A stretch of 56,340 nt of DNA from Eledone cirrhosa (taxonomy: Eukaryota), in contig CAXHJY010001610.1 of NCBI GenBank assembly GCA_964016885.1, positions 1 through 56,340 on the forward strand, written 5' to 3'. Under the pieces are notes generated by a model. That model had not been told where the DNA came from and searched no databases. It worked only from the letters and a program-made list of their open reading frames with translations. Shown one piece after another: positions 23,883 through 36,128 of the stretch. Position 1 is the stretch's first letter; each line of letters opens with the position of its first letter. The position numbers were made by a program, and so were the translations under genes.

Positions 23883-24093
23883 CCCTTTAGCATTTACATT
23901 ACTCTATATTTACTATGGTATTTTCACAGTAAAGGCTTTACTTCACATAATTATCTGTCATAATATCGAATCTATGAGATTTTGATAGTATTTATTTTGA
24001 GAACAATACCTTAACATCATTATGAGTGGCTGGTTAGAACAGAAAGAGGTGACAGAATTCTGGTCGGATGTGGCCAGTTTAAATGCTAAAGGG
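23883..24093. mobile_element. piggyBac-type (TTAA) MITE
   Basis: TIRs ccctttagcattta / taaatgctaaaggg with TTAA on both sides; further copies at ~24375-24550, 40320-40531 and 41621-41835. Confidence 0.88.
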
Positions 24094-24374
24094 TTAACAC
24101 TGTATTGATTTAGCAGAAAATATCTAAAACAGGCTTCCTATTTCAAATGTTTATAGTATCTTTACTAGTGAGCAAATAATTACAAAAATGTGGAGTATTA
24201 GGGTAAAGGATATAAATTTTTGTTTTGTACTTTTCAAGAATGTTTTACTAATGTGGTCTCATGTGTTAGAGGACATTAAGAGTTAGATGGATTAGGATTG
24301 GAAAAAGAAATATGGTATCTATATACATGCATACATTTACACGCATGCACACACAATTATGTGTGATCACAGAC

Positions 24375-24550
24375 CCCTAAAAACCCAAACGGGGAGTACT
24401 GGCTGCTCATACTTATGTTAAGGTATTGTTCTCCAAATAAAAAATATCAAGATCTCGTAGATTTGACATTATGTGAGATAATTATGTGAAATGAAGTGTT
24501 TAACGTGAAAATACAATAGTAAATATAGAGTAATATAAAATATTAAAGGG
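24375..24550. mobile_element. Degenerate inverted copy of the TTAA MITE
   Basis: Reverse complement of ~23883-24035; ends aaaggg followed by ttaa. Confidence 0.65.
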
Positions 24551-24811
24551 TTAAAGTCTACTAAATTCTAATGGTAAATGCATCTAGTACTTGCTGTAAA
24601 GTGGTTGGTAATAGGAAGGCCATCCAGCTCTAGAAAACCTGCTAAACAAAGGTTCAGGAGGACTCTTCAGCTGTGTGCATGACATAATAACCCCTATAGT
24701 GCTGGTGACACAATATGATGCACTTGGTAGGGTGAGGGATCATATGTAGGTGAAATGTCCATTTGAGAAGTTAGTAGTCCACTTGAATACTGACTGAATG
24801 GGTACTAATAA

Positions 24812-25045
24812 GATCCATCCATCCATATCCAGTTTTGGTCTTTCAGGTGCTGAGGTTGTTCCGGACTCCGAGGTAGGCAACACCAGGCAATGTCTCACAG
24901 CCGCTCTCCATGAATTTCTGTCCATAGTATCGACATCGGCCAAGTTCCATTTATACAAATCACTCTTCACGCACTCCAACCATGTCTTCCTTGGTCTGCC
25001 GCGATCTCTAGTGCCAGGGATTTCCAAGTGAGTGATGGAGTTGAT
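24812..25045 (-). mobile_element. 3' end of a third RTE LINE family with a (GGAT)n tail
   Basis: Minus-strand peptide EIPGTRDRGRPRKTWLECVKSDL...DRNSWR is a typical RTE C-terminus; tail reads atccatccatcc on the plus strand. Confidence 0.85.
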
Positions 25046-25649
25046 GCCAATTCAGTTCATTAGTTAGGTGTAGGATGGTATGGTGGTCAGTGAGCTACAT
25101 AGTGTATGAATGTTGGTGTCACTGGGTGCCATACTAACAACAACAACAGCTTAGAGACAATGAACATGAAGGTCTGCAAAGTAGCTTGATTATTGCTTCT
25201 TTCATTTTTCATGTAAAGGAGGAAAGCATAGGAAAATATTTTCTTTTATTTTGTATTTTTCTTAGAATGAATTCTTTATACATTTAATATTTAACATGTC
25301 TGTCTTGTGTATCTTCAACATGAGGTAATGATACTGAAAACAGCCAATTATATGATCCATGTAAAAGTGTGAATGAATGTGTATATGTGTGTACATTCTG
25401 TGTTGTTTTTTTTTTTATTTCTCATCAATAAGAGAGAGTTTCTAACATTGACATCAACTAGGTAATTATGATCTATGCCTGTATGTTTTGAGTTATATGT
25501 GCACATATACATAAGTTTTTATCTATATATGTGTATATGCAGTTGTTACATGCTAAATGTCTGAAATATATGTGTGTATGTTTGTATAATTATTTATTTA
25601 TGTATGCAGGCATATAAACACTTGAGTGGGAATAAAAAGGAGAAAAGAG

Positions 25650-25912
25650 AATACTCAAATGCCCCAGTACACCATGTCAAGTTGTAGTGGTGATGCCACA
25701 ACCCCCCCCCCCCAAAAAAAAAACCCAGTACACTATAAAGTGGTAGTGGTAGTAGCATGAAAAATGCTGCCAATATACCGGTCAAAGTAGGTGGGTAGGA
25801 TTGCGTCCAGCTGTAGAAATCATGCTAAACATGTGAGATGTGGTCGCTCCAGCCTACCAAGTGCCAGCCCATGATCACGATGAGTCTGGTGTTGGTGGTG
25901 ATGATGATGATT
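25650..25912 (+). mobile_element. Degenerate RTE-3'UTR-like or SINE tail fragment with (GAT)n end
   Basis: cccagtacactataaagtgg and taggattgcgtccagctgtagaaa are similar to 29180-29290. Confidence 0.5.
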
Positions 25913-26714
25913 ATAAAACAAAAGGATCTTAGATGACCATAGAACCATACTAAACGAAAAAAAAAATATAAATAAAAAGTTGGAAATGGGTATGTGTTTA
26001 GAATGTCTCAATGAGCTTATCTGGTCTCACTCAGGGATTCAGTTGGAGGTGGTTGCTTCACAGGCCCCTCTCAGGAATAAATGGATGATGAAGAAGGAAA
26101 TGGAAGGTAGATAAATGGTGAGATTTGTTGGTTAGAGAGGGGAAAAGGAAGAGGTGGAGAATTGAGGAAGTGGAATCAGTAAGAATGGGTATATTAAAAA
26201 AAAAAAAAAAAATGTCAATGAGCATGATTAAAAAGACAATGTGTAACCATTTTCATAGTAAACTGCCTGAAATTGATCCTGGTTTTATGATACAAAGTTG
26301 TTTAATTTTAAAGCATTTACTCTAAAGTACAAACACAATGTACACATAGACAGACTCACACACACACACAGACACTCACGCATACACATGGGTGTTGCCA
26401 GAGAATAAAGATCTCCCTAGATTAAATGTACATTGTTTAACAAACAGGAGAATAAGAATACGAACTAAGCTAATCTCATTAGTTACTGACAATGGATCAA
26501 TGGGGACAGTGATCAGTGTGATGGTGGTGGTGGTGGGGACAGTGATAATGGTAATAGAGGTGATGGTGGTAGCATTTCTGTTGGTTATAGTGGTGGTGAT
26601 GATGGTGGTGGCGGTGGTGAGTGAAAACAGGGCAGTATTTAGAAATAATCCCGGCTGTTGGTCCTTAAGTGCATATCTGTAGACACACACACATACATAA
26701 AAGTATATATTGTT

Positions 26715-26975
26715 GGGACCTCCAGTTGTGACAATAAGTGTACCAGTTGATTCAATCAATGGAACAGCCAGCTCATGAAATTGACATGCAAGTGGCTGAG
26801 CATTCCACAGCACAGACACATGTACTCTTAATGCAATTCTCAAGGAAATTCAGCACAATACTGACATACCCGGACCTTTAAACTATAGTTACAAAACTCA
26901 TCTTTGCCAGCTGAGTGGACTGGGGCAAGATAAAATAAAGTGTCTTGCTGAAGGGCACAATGTGTTACTAGGAAG
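26715..26975 (-). mobile_element. tRNA-SINE family 1 body
   Basis: ccagctgagtggactggggcaagataaaataaagtgtcttgctgaagggcacaa is the reverse complement of the family-1 core. Confidence 0.7.
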
Positions 26976-27556
26976 TGTACGCACAATTTTATGACCATGA
27001 GCATACACATACTCTCGGGTTATTACCCCACCACATACTCTTATTTCAAACACGCACCTACCACGCGCTTATTAAATTTTGCTACTCTATGTCCACAGCA
27101 AAATTTTATTTATACATGACAAAAAATGTACATTACTGGAAATCCCATATGTTATAAAATAAATGGGATTAGTTGGGGATAACTAAACAATTAATTCTTC
27201 TTGGTTTTAAAAAAATCAATGGAAACCTAGAAAAAATATCGATTTCCTCTCCCCTCCCGCTTATCACTCTCTCCCTACCTATTATTTAGGACCTGAGAGT
27301 GCACCCACCTATTTGCTTCTATTGGCCTATTTAAATATATATATATATAATTGAATAAACAAGAGAGATGAACACCTATATAAACATACATGTGTTCGAA
27401 TTGTAAGTACCAAGTTTGCTACAATTCGAACACATGTATGTTTATATTAGTGTTCATCTATCTTGTTTATATGTATATATTTGTATATACGTATATATAA
27501 ATATGTATATATATGTATATATAAATATGTACATATATGTATATGTACATATACGT

Positions 27557-29104
27557 ATAACCACACGTATCGTTAACCAGGTAATACTAGAGGGGGCCAT
27601 ACCAAAAGATTGGTGCAGTAGCATCATTGTCAACTGCTACAAAGGTAAAGGCGATGCACTAGATAGAGGAAACTATAGAGGTATAAAGTTGATGGACCAG
27701 GTCATGAAAGTAACAGAAAGAGTTATAGCACAGCTGATTAGGGACCGGGTGAATATAGACGAGATGCAATTTGGGTTTGTACCAGGGAAAGGCACCACTG
27801 ATGCGCTCTTCCTTGTGAGGCAATTACAGGAAAAGTACCTAGCTAAAAGTAAGCCACTCTACTTGGCATTTGTCGACCTTGAGAAAGCCTTTGACAGAGT
27901 TCCACGTGCAGTAATCTGGTGGGCTCTTAGAAAACTAGGAGTAGATGAATGGCTTGTGAAAGCGGTACAAGCCATGTATAGGGGAGCAGTCAGCAAAGTT
28001 AGGATTGGCAATGAGTATAGCGAGGAATTTAGCGTACAGGTTGGGGTCCACCAGGGCTCTGTTCTTAGCCCTCTCCTGTTCATCATAGTCCTGCAGGCAA
28101 TAACGGAGGAGTTTAAGACCGGATGCCCATGGGAACTCCTGTATGCTGATGACCTCGCACTCATAGCTGAATCTATGGTAGAACTAGAGAATAAATTCCA
28201 AACCTGGAAGCAGGGACTAGAGAGAAAGGGCCTCAAAGTCAACATGACAAAGACTAAGGTCCTTATAAGTAGACGAGAAAACAGAACCCAGATCCCCTCA
28301 GGGAAATGGCCTTGCTCAGTATGTAGGAAAGGTGTAGGTAGGAACTCCATTCTTTGCCCCAAATGCAAACAATGGGTACACAAGAGATGTAGCGGGATCT
28401 CAGGAAGCTTAATTAAGAATGTAGGATTCACATGCAGCAGCTGTGCTGAAACAGCAAGCAAACAGCCACAGGAAACAAGTACCACCAATCTCTGGGAGGG
28501 CCCTGTAGAAACAGTAGACAGCTTCTGCTACCTAGGTGACCGAATTAGCAACGGAGGTGGGTGCTCAGAAAGTACAATAACTAGGGTAAGAACGGGATGG
28601 AAGAAGTTTAGGGAACTACTACCACTGCTAGCTGCAAAAGGCTTCTCCCTCAGAATGAAAGGCAGACTGTATGATGCGTGTATCCGAACAGCGATGTTGC
28701 ATGGTAGTGAGACCTGGGCGCTGAAGGTGGAAGACTTACGTAGATTAGAGAGAAACGAAGCCTGCATGCTCCGATGGATGTGTAACAGTAATATACGTGA
28801 ACGACAAAGCATAAATGAATTGAGAGAGAGACTGAGCATAAGAGGAATCAAATGCTGCGTGCAGGAGAGGCGGTTACGCTGGTATGGACATGTGATGCGT
28901 ATGAAGGATGACAGCTGCATAAAAAGGTGCAGAGCACTAGAAGTTGATGGAAACCGCGGAGTGGGGAGACCCAAGATGACTTGGGATGAGGTGATAAAAG
29001 CCGACCTTACCCAACTACACCTCTCAAAGTCAATGACACACGACCGTGACTTCTGGCGTCACGCAGTAATACAGGGTACCCGACCTCCCATGGGTACATG
29101 CTGA
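27557..29104 (+). CDS. RTE reverse transcriptase (N-truncated) with an embedded PHD-type finger (28313-28444)
   Basis: NYRGIKL, QFGF, FVDLEKAFDRV, GVHQGSVLSPLLF, LLYADD, FCYLG, RRLRWYGHV and GRPKMTW. The first ~47 aa of the tracked ORF (from 27416) derive from hairpin and microsatellite sequence. Confidence 0.92.
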   Translation: MTTRIVNQVILEGAIPKDWCSSIIVNCYKGKGDALDRGNYRGIKLMDQVMKVTERVIAQLIRDRVNIDEMQFGFVPGKGTTDALFLVRQLQEKYLAKSKPLYLAFVDLEKAFDRVPRAVIWWALRKLGVDEWLVKAVQAMYRGAVSKVRIGNEYSEEFSVQVGVHQGSVLSPLLFIIVLQAITEEFKTGCPWELLYADDLALIAESMVELENKFQTWKQGLERKGLKVNMTKTKVLISRRENRTQIPSGKWPCSVCRKGVGRNSILCPKCKQWVHKRCSGISGSLIKNVGFTCSSCAETASKQPQETSTTNLWEGPVETVDSFCYLGDRISNGGGCSESTITRVRTGWKKFRELLPLLAAKGFSLRMKGRLYDACIRTAMLHGSETWALKVEDLRRLERNEACMLRWMCNSNIRERQSINELRERLSIRGIKCCVQERRLRWYGHVMRMKDDSCIKRCRALEVDGNRGVGRPKMTWDEVIKADLTQLHLSKSMTHDRDFWRHAVIQGTRPPMGTC

Positions 29105-29414
29105 AGCATATAAACAATATGCCCCCCCCCCCCCCCCCCACCGCAAGGTGGTCGTGGAGGTGCCACGGCAAAAAAGCACCCAGCCCACACTGTAAAGTGG
29201 ACGTGTAGGCGCCACGAAAAAGCACCCAGGACTCACTGTAAATGAGGTTGGTGTTAGGAAGGGCATCCAGCTGTAGAAATCAAGCCAGATCAGTTCCTGT
29301 ATGAGCAAGGCATGGTCAGCCGACCAGACACTGCCCACAACAGGACAACCCGTCTAACCCATGCTAGCGTGGAAGAACGGACGTAAAACGGTGATGATGA
29401 TGATGATGATGATG
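27557..29414 (+). mobile_element. 5'-truncated RTE LINE (family A) with (GAT)n tail, embedded in (TA)n
   Basis: Uninterrupted RT frame to the stop at 29104; the 3'UTR is homologous to family B; tail at ~29392-29414. Confidence 0.93.
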
Positions 29415-30045
<631 letters not shown>

Positions 30046-30798
30046 TTGGGAGTAACCGTGGACAGCAACATAAGCTGGACCACGCATATAAGCAGCAAAG
30101 TTGACATGGCCCGCAGAATGTGTTCCTGGATCCTCAGAACCTTCCAGTCGAGAGATTCCCGCACCATTATCCTTCTCTTCTCTACTTTCGCCCGACCACA
30201 CCTTGAATACTGTTGTCCACTGTGGTCTCCCCACACGAAACAAAGTATCATGAAACTTGAAGCTCCTCAAAGGGCAATCACGAAAAAGATAGATGGCATG
30301 TCAGACCTTGACTACTGGGGTCGATTGGAAAACCTGAAACTTTACTCACTCCAACGTCGCCGTGAGCGTTATATTATCTGCATGATGTGGAAAATGTTCC
30401 ATCATCACTGCCCAAATGATGTTGGCATCGCCTTCAAGATACACCCAAGGCTTGGGCCCCGTGCTATCCGTCCCATTCAAAAATCTAAATCGCAACTCAT
30501 AACAACAATACGGCACAATTATTTCACCTCAATCGGCCCTGCTCTCTTCAACATCACACCAGGACACGTCAAAACAGAAACTGACCACACAAAATTCAAG
30601 AAGTCTTTGGACAAATTCCTCCAAGTAATCCCGGACAAACCACCCACACCCGGATATGTCTCCGCAAACAGTAATTCTCTTCTCGAATGGGCCATGGTGC
30701 CCAAATCCTGAATTGAAAGACTTCGCCAGGTGGTGCTATTAAGTTAGACATGGCCTGGGCCAATACTGGCCAAAACATTTCAAAGTTATTCAAAGTTA
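30046..30798 (+). mobile_element. 5'-truncated CR1/L2-group LINE: ORF2 C-terminus (stop at 30711) and 3'UTR
   Basis: [42 protein letters not shown] and FKKSLDKFL; short repeated tail ttcaaagtta x2; (TA)n on both sides. Confidence 0.88.
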
Positions 30799-30806
30799 TA
30801 TATATG

Positions 30807-30839
<33 letters not shown>

Positions 30840-30980
30840 GTATATATGAGCTCAGCCGTCGGAGTCTTACTTGTTCCTATTACCCACTCTACTACCCTAA
30901 GTATTGAGTACTTTGGTGCGTTATGGTCCACCTGGTTCCTTACCACATTTCCTTCGTTATATATATATATATATATATAT

Positions 30981-33900
30981 AAACCTGTAGCGAGGTAAGA
31001 ATCCCAGAATTTGTCAACGCTCAAAAATGGTGAGACCTCGTTCCTGCGAATTATAATGTAAACGCCATTTTTCTGATCTCTCTCCAGCCTATCGGTTCAT
31101 TCATTCATATTTATTCTATTCTATAATTCTGTCTGGTTGTTTCTAAATAATCTTCTTGTATTTTTAACTATATTTTTAACTACCCCACTTTGCTAACTAC
31201 CCCATACCCCTCCCGCCCCCACTCTCCACCTTATTATTTGGACCAATCACAAGTCAACAGCCTATGCTATCACTTCTGGCTGCTTTTCGATATGATGGAT
31301 GGACTAAGTAATTTCTGGAGAGTCTGAAGAATCTGGACACTCGATGACAATGCCAAAGATAACGACAAATTCACCTCATGCTGCCGGACGAAAGGGCAAG
31401 TGCCCCTCCTCTTTGTTTCGGCCGCGGATGGCCAACATAACCCCAACCCCATCCCCCTCACCCATCCCTGCGCCCTATCCTCCAAACACAATCCAAAACT
31501 TCAGAGTTGGTACCATAAATGTAGGCACCTTAAAAGGCCGCTCTAACGAGGTTGTAGAAATGCTTGAACATAAGGAGGTTGATGTTTGCTGTATCCAAGA
31601 GACCAGGTGGAGGGGCGGGTCTGCTAGATTCATTGTGGGTAAAAAACGTTGCTATAAGCTCTTCTGGGTGGGAAATGACAATGGGATAGGTGGGGTAGGA
31701 ATCATGTTAGCAGAAAAATGGGTGGATAAGATAATAGATGTAAATAGAGTAAATGACAGAATAATTAAAATAAGACTTGTTCTAAATAGAACTACTGTGA
31801 CAGTAATATCGGCATACGCGCCCCAATCCGGACTGCCTGGCGCTATAAAAGACAGATTCTATGAGACGCTGATCCTCACTACCTCCCAAATAACCGACAG
31901 TGACTATATAATTATTGCTGGCGACCTAAATGGCCACGTTGGTCAACATTGTGACGGCTATGACGGAATCCACGGAGGCTATGGGTTTGGTACTAGAAAT
32001 GAGGAAGGCTCCAGAATCCTGGAATTCTGTGATGCAAATAACCTAACTATCTGTAATACTAACTTCAAAAAACGAGACAATCACTTGATCACCTACAGAT
32101 CGGGGGAACATACCAGCCAGGTAGATTATATCCTTACCAGAGGACGTGACAGAGTGTCTGTTGTAAACACTAAATCCCTCCCCCATGAAGAATGCACCTC
32201 CCAACATAGACTGATAATTAGCGACCTCATAGTCAGGACGAGACGTACTAGACAACAGAGGAGGACTATCCTCAGGAGAAAAATATGGAAGTTAAAGGAC
32301 TCCACATCCAGAAATAAATTTCAAAGCATGTTACTTGATGCTTTCGACAGTAAGGAAGAGCAATTAGAGTCAGATAATATAGAGGAACAGTGGGAATTCT
32401 TGAAAGCAAACCTGCTGACGGCAGCAGATGAAGTCTGTGGCTGGAGCAGGCCTGTAGGTAGGAGGAGAGTAACATGGTGGTGGAACAGTAAGGTGGAGGA
32501 GTCAATTAAGGCCAAAAAGTAGGCTTGGAAAGTATGGCGGGATGGGGGAAGTAGAGAAGACTATCAAGTGGCCAGGAGGGAAGCTAGGAGACAAGTGTAC
32601 TTCGCAAGAAGAGAAGCAGAGGAAAGAAAGTTCAAGCATGTTCTACAACGTGAGGACCAAAAACGTGAGGTGTTCAGGATTGCTAGGCAATGTGTCAAGG
32701 AAAACCGTGATATTGTCGGGGAGAAGTGTGTACTTAATGATGATGGTGTACTTGCCATCACTGACGCTGATAAGAAGGTAGCTTGGAAGTTTCACTACGA
32801 AAGGCTTCTAAATGAGGAGAATAAATGGGAGAAAGACAGTCTCCCCCACATCGACCCAATAGAGGGACCGGCAGTGTTAGTCGAAGGTAGTATAATAAGT
32901 AAGGCAATCAAAGATATGAAGATGGGTAAGGCAGCTGGAACGGTGGGACACACCATGGTCACCCGGATAGTAAACCAAGTCATACAGAATGGGGTTATTC
33001 CGAAGGACTGGCGTAGCAGCATTATCATTAACTGTTACAAGGGTAAAGGAGATGCCCTAGATAGGAGTAACTATAGAGGCATTAAATTAATCGACCAGGT
33101 CATGAAGGTCACGGAAAAAGTAATAGCGCAACTAATCAGAGAGAGAATTGATCTAGATGAAAGGCAGTTCGGTTTTGTGTCAGGCAAAAGTACCACAGAC
33201 GCTCTTTTCATTGTACGACACACTACAGGAGAAGTACCTACCTAAAAGTAAACCCCTATACTTAGCCTTTGTTGACTTGGAGAAAGCCTTCAACAGAGTC
33301 CCCCGTTCCATTATCTGGTGGGCTCTTAGAAAACTAGGTGTTGATGAATGGCTTGTGAGAGCTATACAAGCCATGTATAAAGAAACAGTCAGCAAGGTTA
33401 AAATTAACAACGAATATAGTGAAGAGTTTAGTGTAAAAGTTGGTGTACATCAGGGCTCTGTTCTTAGCCCCCTACTATTTATTATTGCCCTTCAGGCTAT
33501 AACAGTGGAGTTCAAGACCGGCTGCCCATGGGAACTCCTATACGCAGATGATCTAACGCTCATAGCTGAGTCAATGGCCGAGCTAGAGAAGAAATTCCAA
33601 ACATGGAAGCATGGCCTAGAATCAAAAGGGCTTAAAATTAACCTGGCTAAGACTAAAGTTCTAGTTTGTAGGAAAGAAAATAAGGCGACGGTCCCTTCCG
33701 GGAAATGGCCATGCTCAGTGTGTAGGAAAGGCGTAGGTAGAAACTCCATTTTATGTCCCAAATGCAAAGTATGGGTGCATAAAAGATGTAGTGGGATCAC
33801 AGGTAAGCTAACTAAGAACATAGATTTTACATGTGGCCGGTGCTCTGGTGCAATAAGTAGCAGCAAGTGCACACAAAATACTAGCTCTTTCAATTGCGCA

Positions 33901-34883
33901 GAGGGTTCTACAGAAATAGTGGACAGCTTCCGTTACCTGGGTGATAAAATCAGCAGTGGGGGAGGGTGCTCTGAAAGTACAGTAGCTAGAGTCAGAACTG
34001 GTTGGAAAAAGTTCAGAGAGCTTATACCACTATTAGCTGCTAAAGGGTCCTCCCTAAAAATGAAAGGCAGGTTGTACGATGCCTGCATACGAACAGCAAT
34101 GTTGCATGGCAGTGAGACCTGGGCATTGTGTGCAGAGGATATACGCAGACTAGAGAGGAACGAAGCTTGCATGCTCCGCTGAATGTGTAACAGTAATATA
34201 CGTGAACGGCAAAGCATAAACGAACTAAGGAAAAAAATTAGAAATAAGAGGGATCAGATGTTGTTTACTCGAGAGAAGGCTACGTTGGTATGGACACGTG
34301 ATGCGCATGAAAGTCGATAGCTGTATAACAAAGTGCAGGGCAATAAAGATAGACGGTAGCCACGGAATAGGCAGACCTAGAAAAACCTGGGACGAGCTGA
34401 TAAACTCCGACCTCACACACTTACACCTCTCCAAGACAATGTCACTGGACCGAGACCTTTGGCGGTACTCAGTAACAGAGAAGACTCGCCTTACCTAAAT
34501 ACATAGTAAAACCTACTACAGCCAGTAGGCATCTCTAACAAAATACCCCCCCACCCCCCACCCCATCCACACCACCCCGTTCTATGTAAAGTTATGTTGG
34601 TGCCACACCATCCAGGCCGAAACAAATGAGATCGTGTAGGTGTCACGACAAAAAAACACACAGTCCACGCTGTAATGTGGCCGTGTAGGCAACACAGTAA
34701 AAACCTCCCAGACCCACACTGTAAATGTGGTTGGTGTTAGGAAGGGCATCCAACTGTAGAAAACCTGCCAGACAGTCCTATGCGAGCAAGACAATCACTC
34801 TTGCCTCAAGTGGGACTACCCCCGTCCAAACCCATGCAAGCGTGGAACATGGACGTTAAACGTTGATGATGATGATGATGATG

Positions 34884-34885
<2 letters not shown>
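30981..34885 (+). mobile_element. Near full-length but disabled RTE LINE (family B, copy B1), between two (TA)n tracts
   Basis: APE and RT coding region 31428-~34500, plus 3'UTR and (GAT)n tail. The 5' boundary is inferred from the flanking (TA)n. Confidence 0.88.
31428..34498 (+). pseudogene. RTE ORF (APE endonuclease, RT, PHD-type finger), disrupted
   Basis: Compared with copy B2: TAG at 32520-22, a 39-nt in-frame deletion near 32938, a frameshift at ~33220, TGA at 34180-82 and a frameshift at ~34235. Motifs GTINVG, CIQETRW, AGDLNG, QVDYI, SQHR and YADD are present. Confidence 0.92.
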
Positions 34886-35207
<322 letters not shown>

Positions 35208-36128
35208 TGATATTAAATAAATGGAAACTATATTTATAAAACCATATTTATTTTATTATATATATTTCAAGGGTACCAAGACAATATTGGTACACTTTCA
35301 TCAGATAAAATACAAAGTCTGTTTTATAAATAGAGTCATACCCCTGAAAATTATACATTATCGGTTGGAAATTCACTGGATAGTCCATATAATATATATA
35401 TATGCATAATCACAGTGTACTTGTCCCCATTACAATTAGTTTCCTCACAACTTCAGTAAAATTGCATATTTAACATAATATTTTCAGTATGTCTGCCTTA
35501 TGAGTATGATTATGAAAGTTTTTTAAACATTGTCATTTTCACTCAGGGAAATTACCAAAAGTATCTGTATATATCACTCCAGATATTTTGGTGCCTTTTT
35601 TGCACAGATGTTGAAGTTGGTGTAAATTGGAAAAATATTGATCTCGAATATGTCGACCCACTCATTTTAACATCAATTTGTTGGGGTTTATTTTTGTCAC
35701 ATATTTCTCAGCTTATATGCAAATATATATAGTAAATAGTTTCAGTGAGACTGCAATCTCATCTGATTGGTTGTTAGCTCAGCATGTTTCCTTATAACTC
35801 TTTTGATCCTAAACCGCCTGAAACTGACTCTTGTGACACCTTCTCCTGGTGCATTCAGCTACTAGCCAAGGTTTTGTTGTTTTTTCAGGCCAAAGAGGTC
35901 AAACTGTCTAAGTATCAGCTGCTCTCTGATAGGTTTGTGGCAGTGGAAATGTCTGACATTCTTGATCCTGACCACATTCCTACTCACTGCTATTGGGGTG
36001 GAGTTGGCTAGCCACATAAGTGAGCCCACAAGGGCAATGTCTTCTCCATTCTGTCCACTGAAGCTGTGAGGCAGACTAACCCTTACACAGTTTAGTTATT
36101 GCTGTTAGTAAATTATTGTAGGTACACC

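Noticed and set aside
26376-26843. 155-aa Thr/Ile-rich ORF
   Set aside because: It is composed of a SINE fragment plus (GGT/GAT)n low-complexity sequence.
27859-28974. Long antisense ORFs over the RTE copies (also 33492-34434 and 38245-39186) and over the Helitron helicase
   Set aside because: These are shadow ORFs opposite real coding sequence, with no recognisable motifs.
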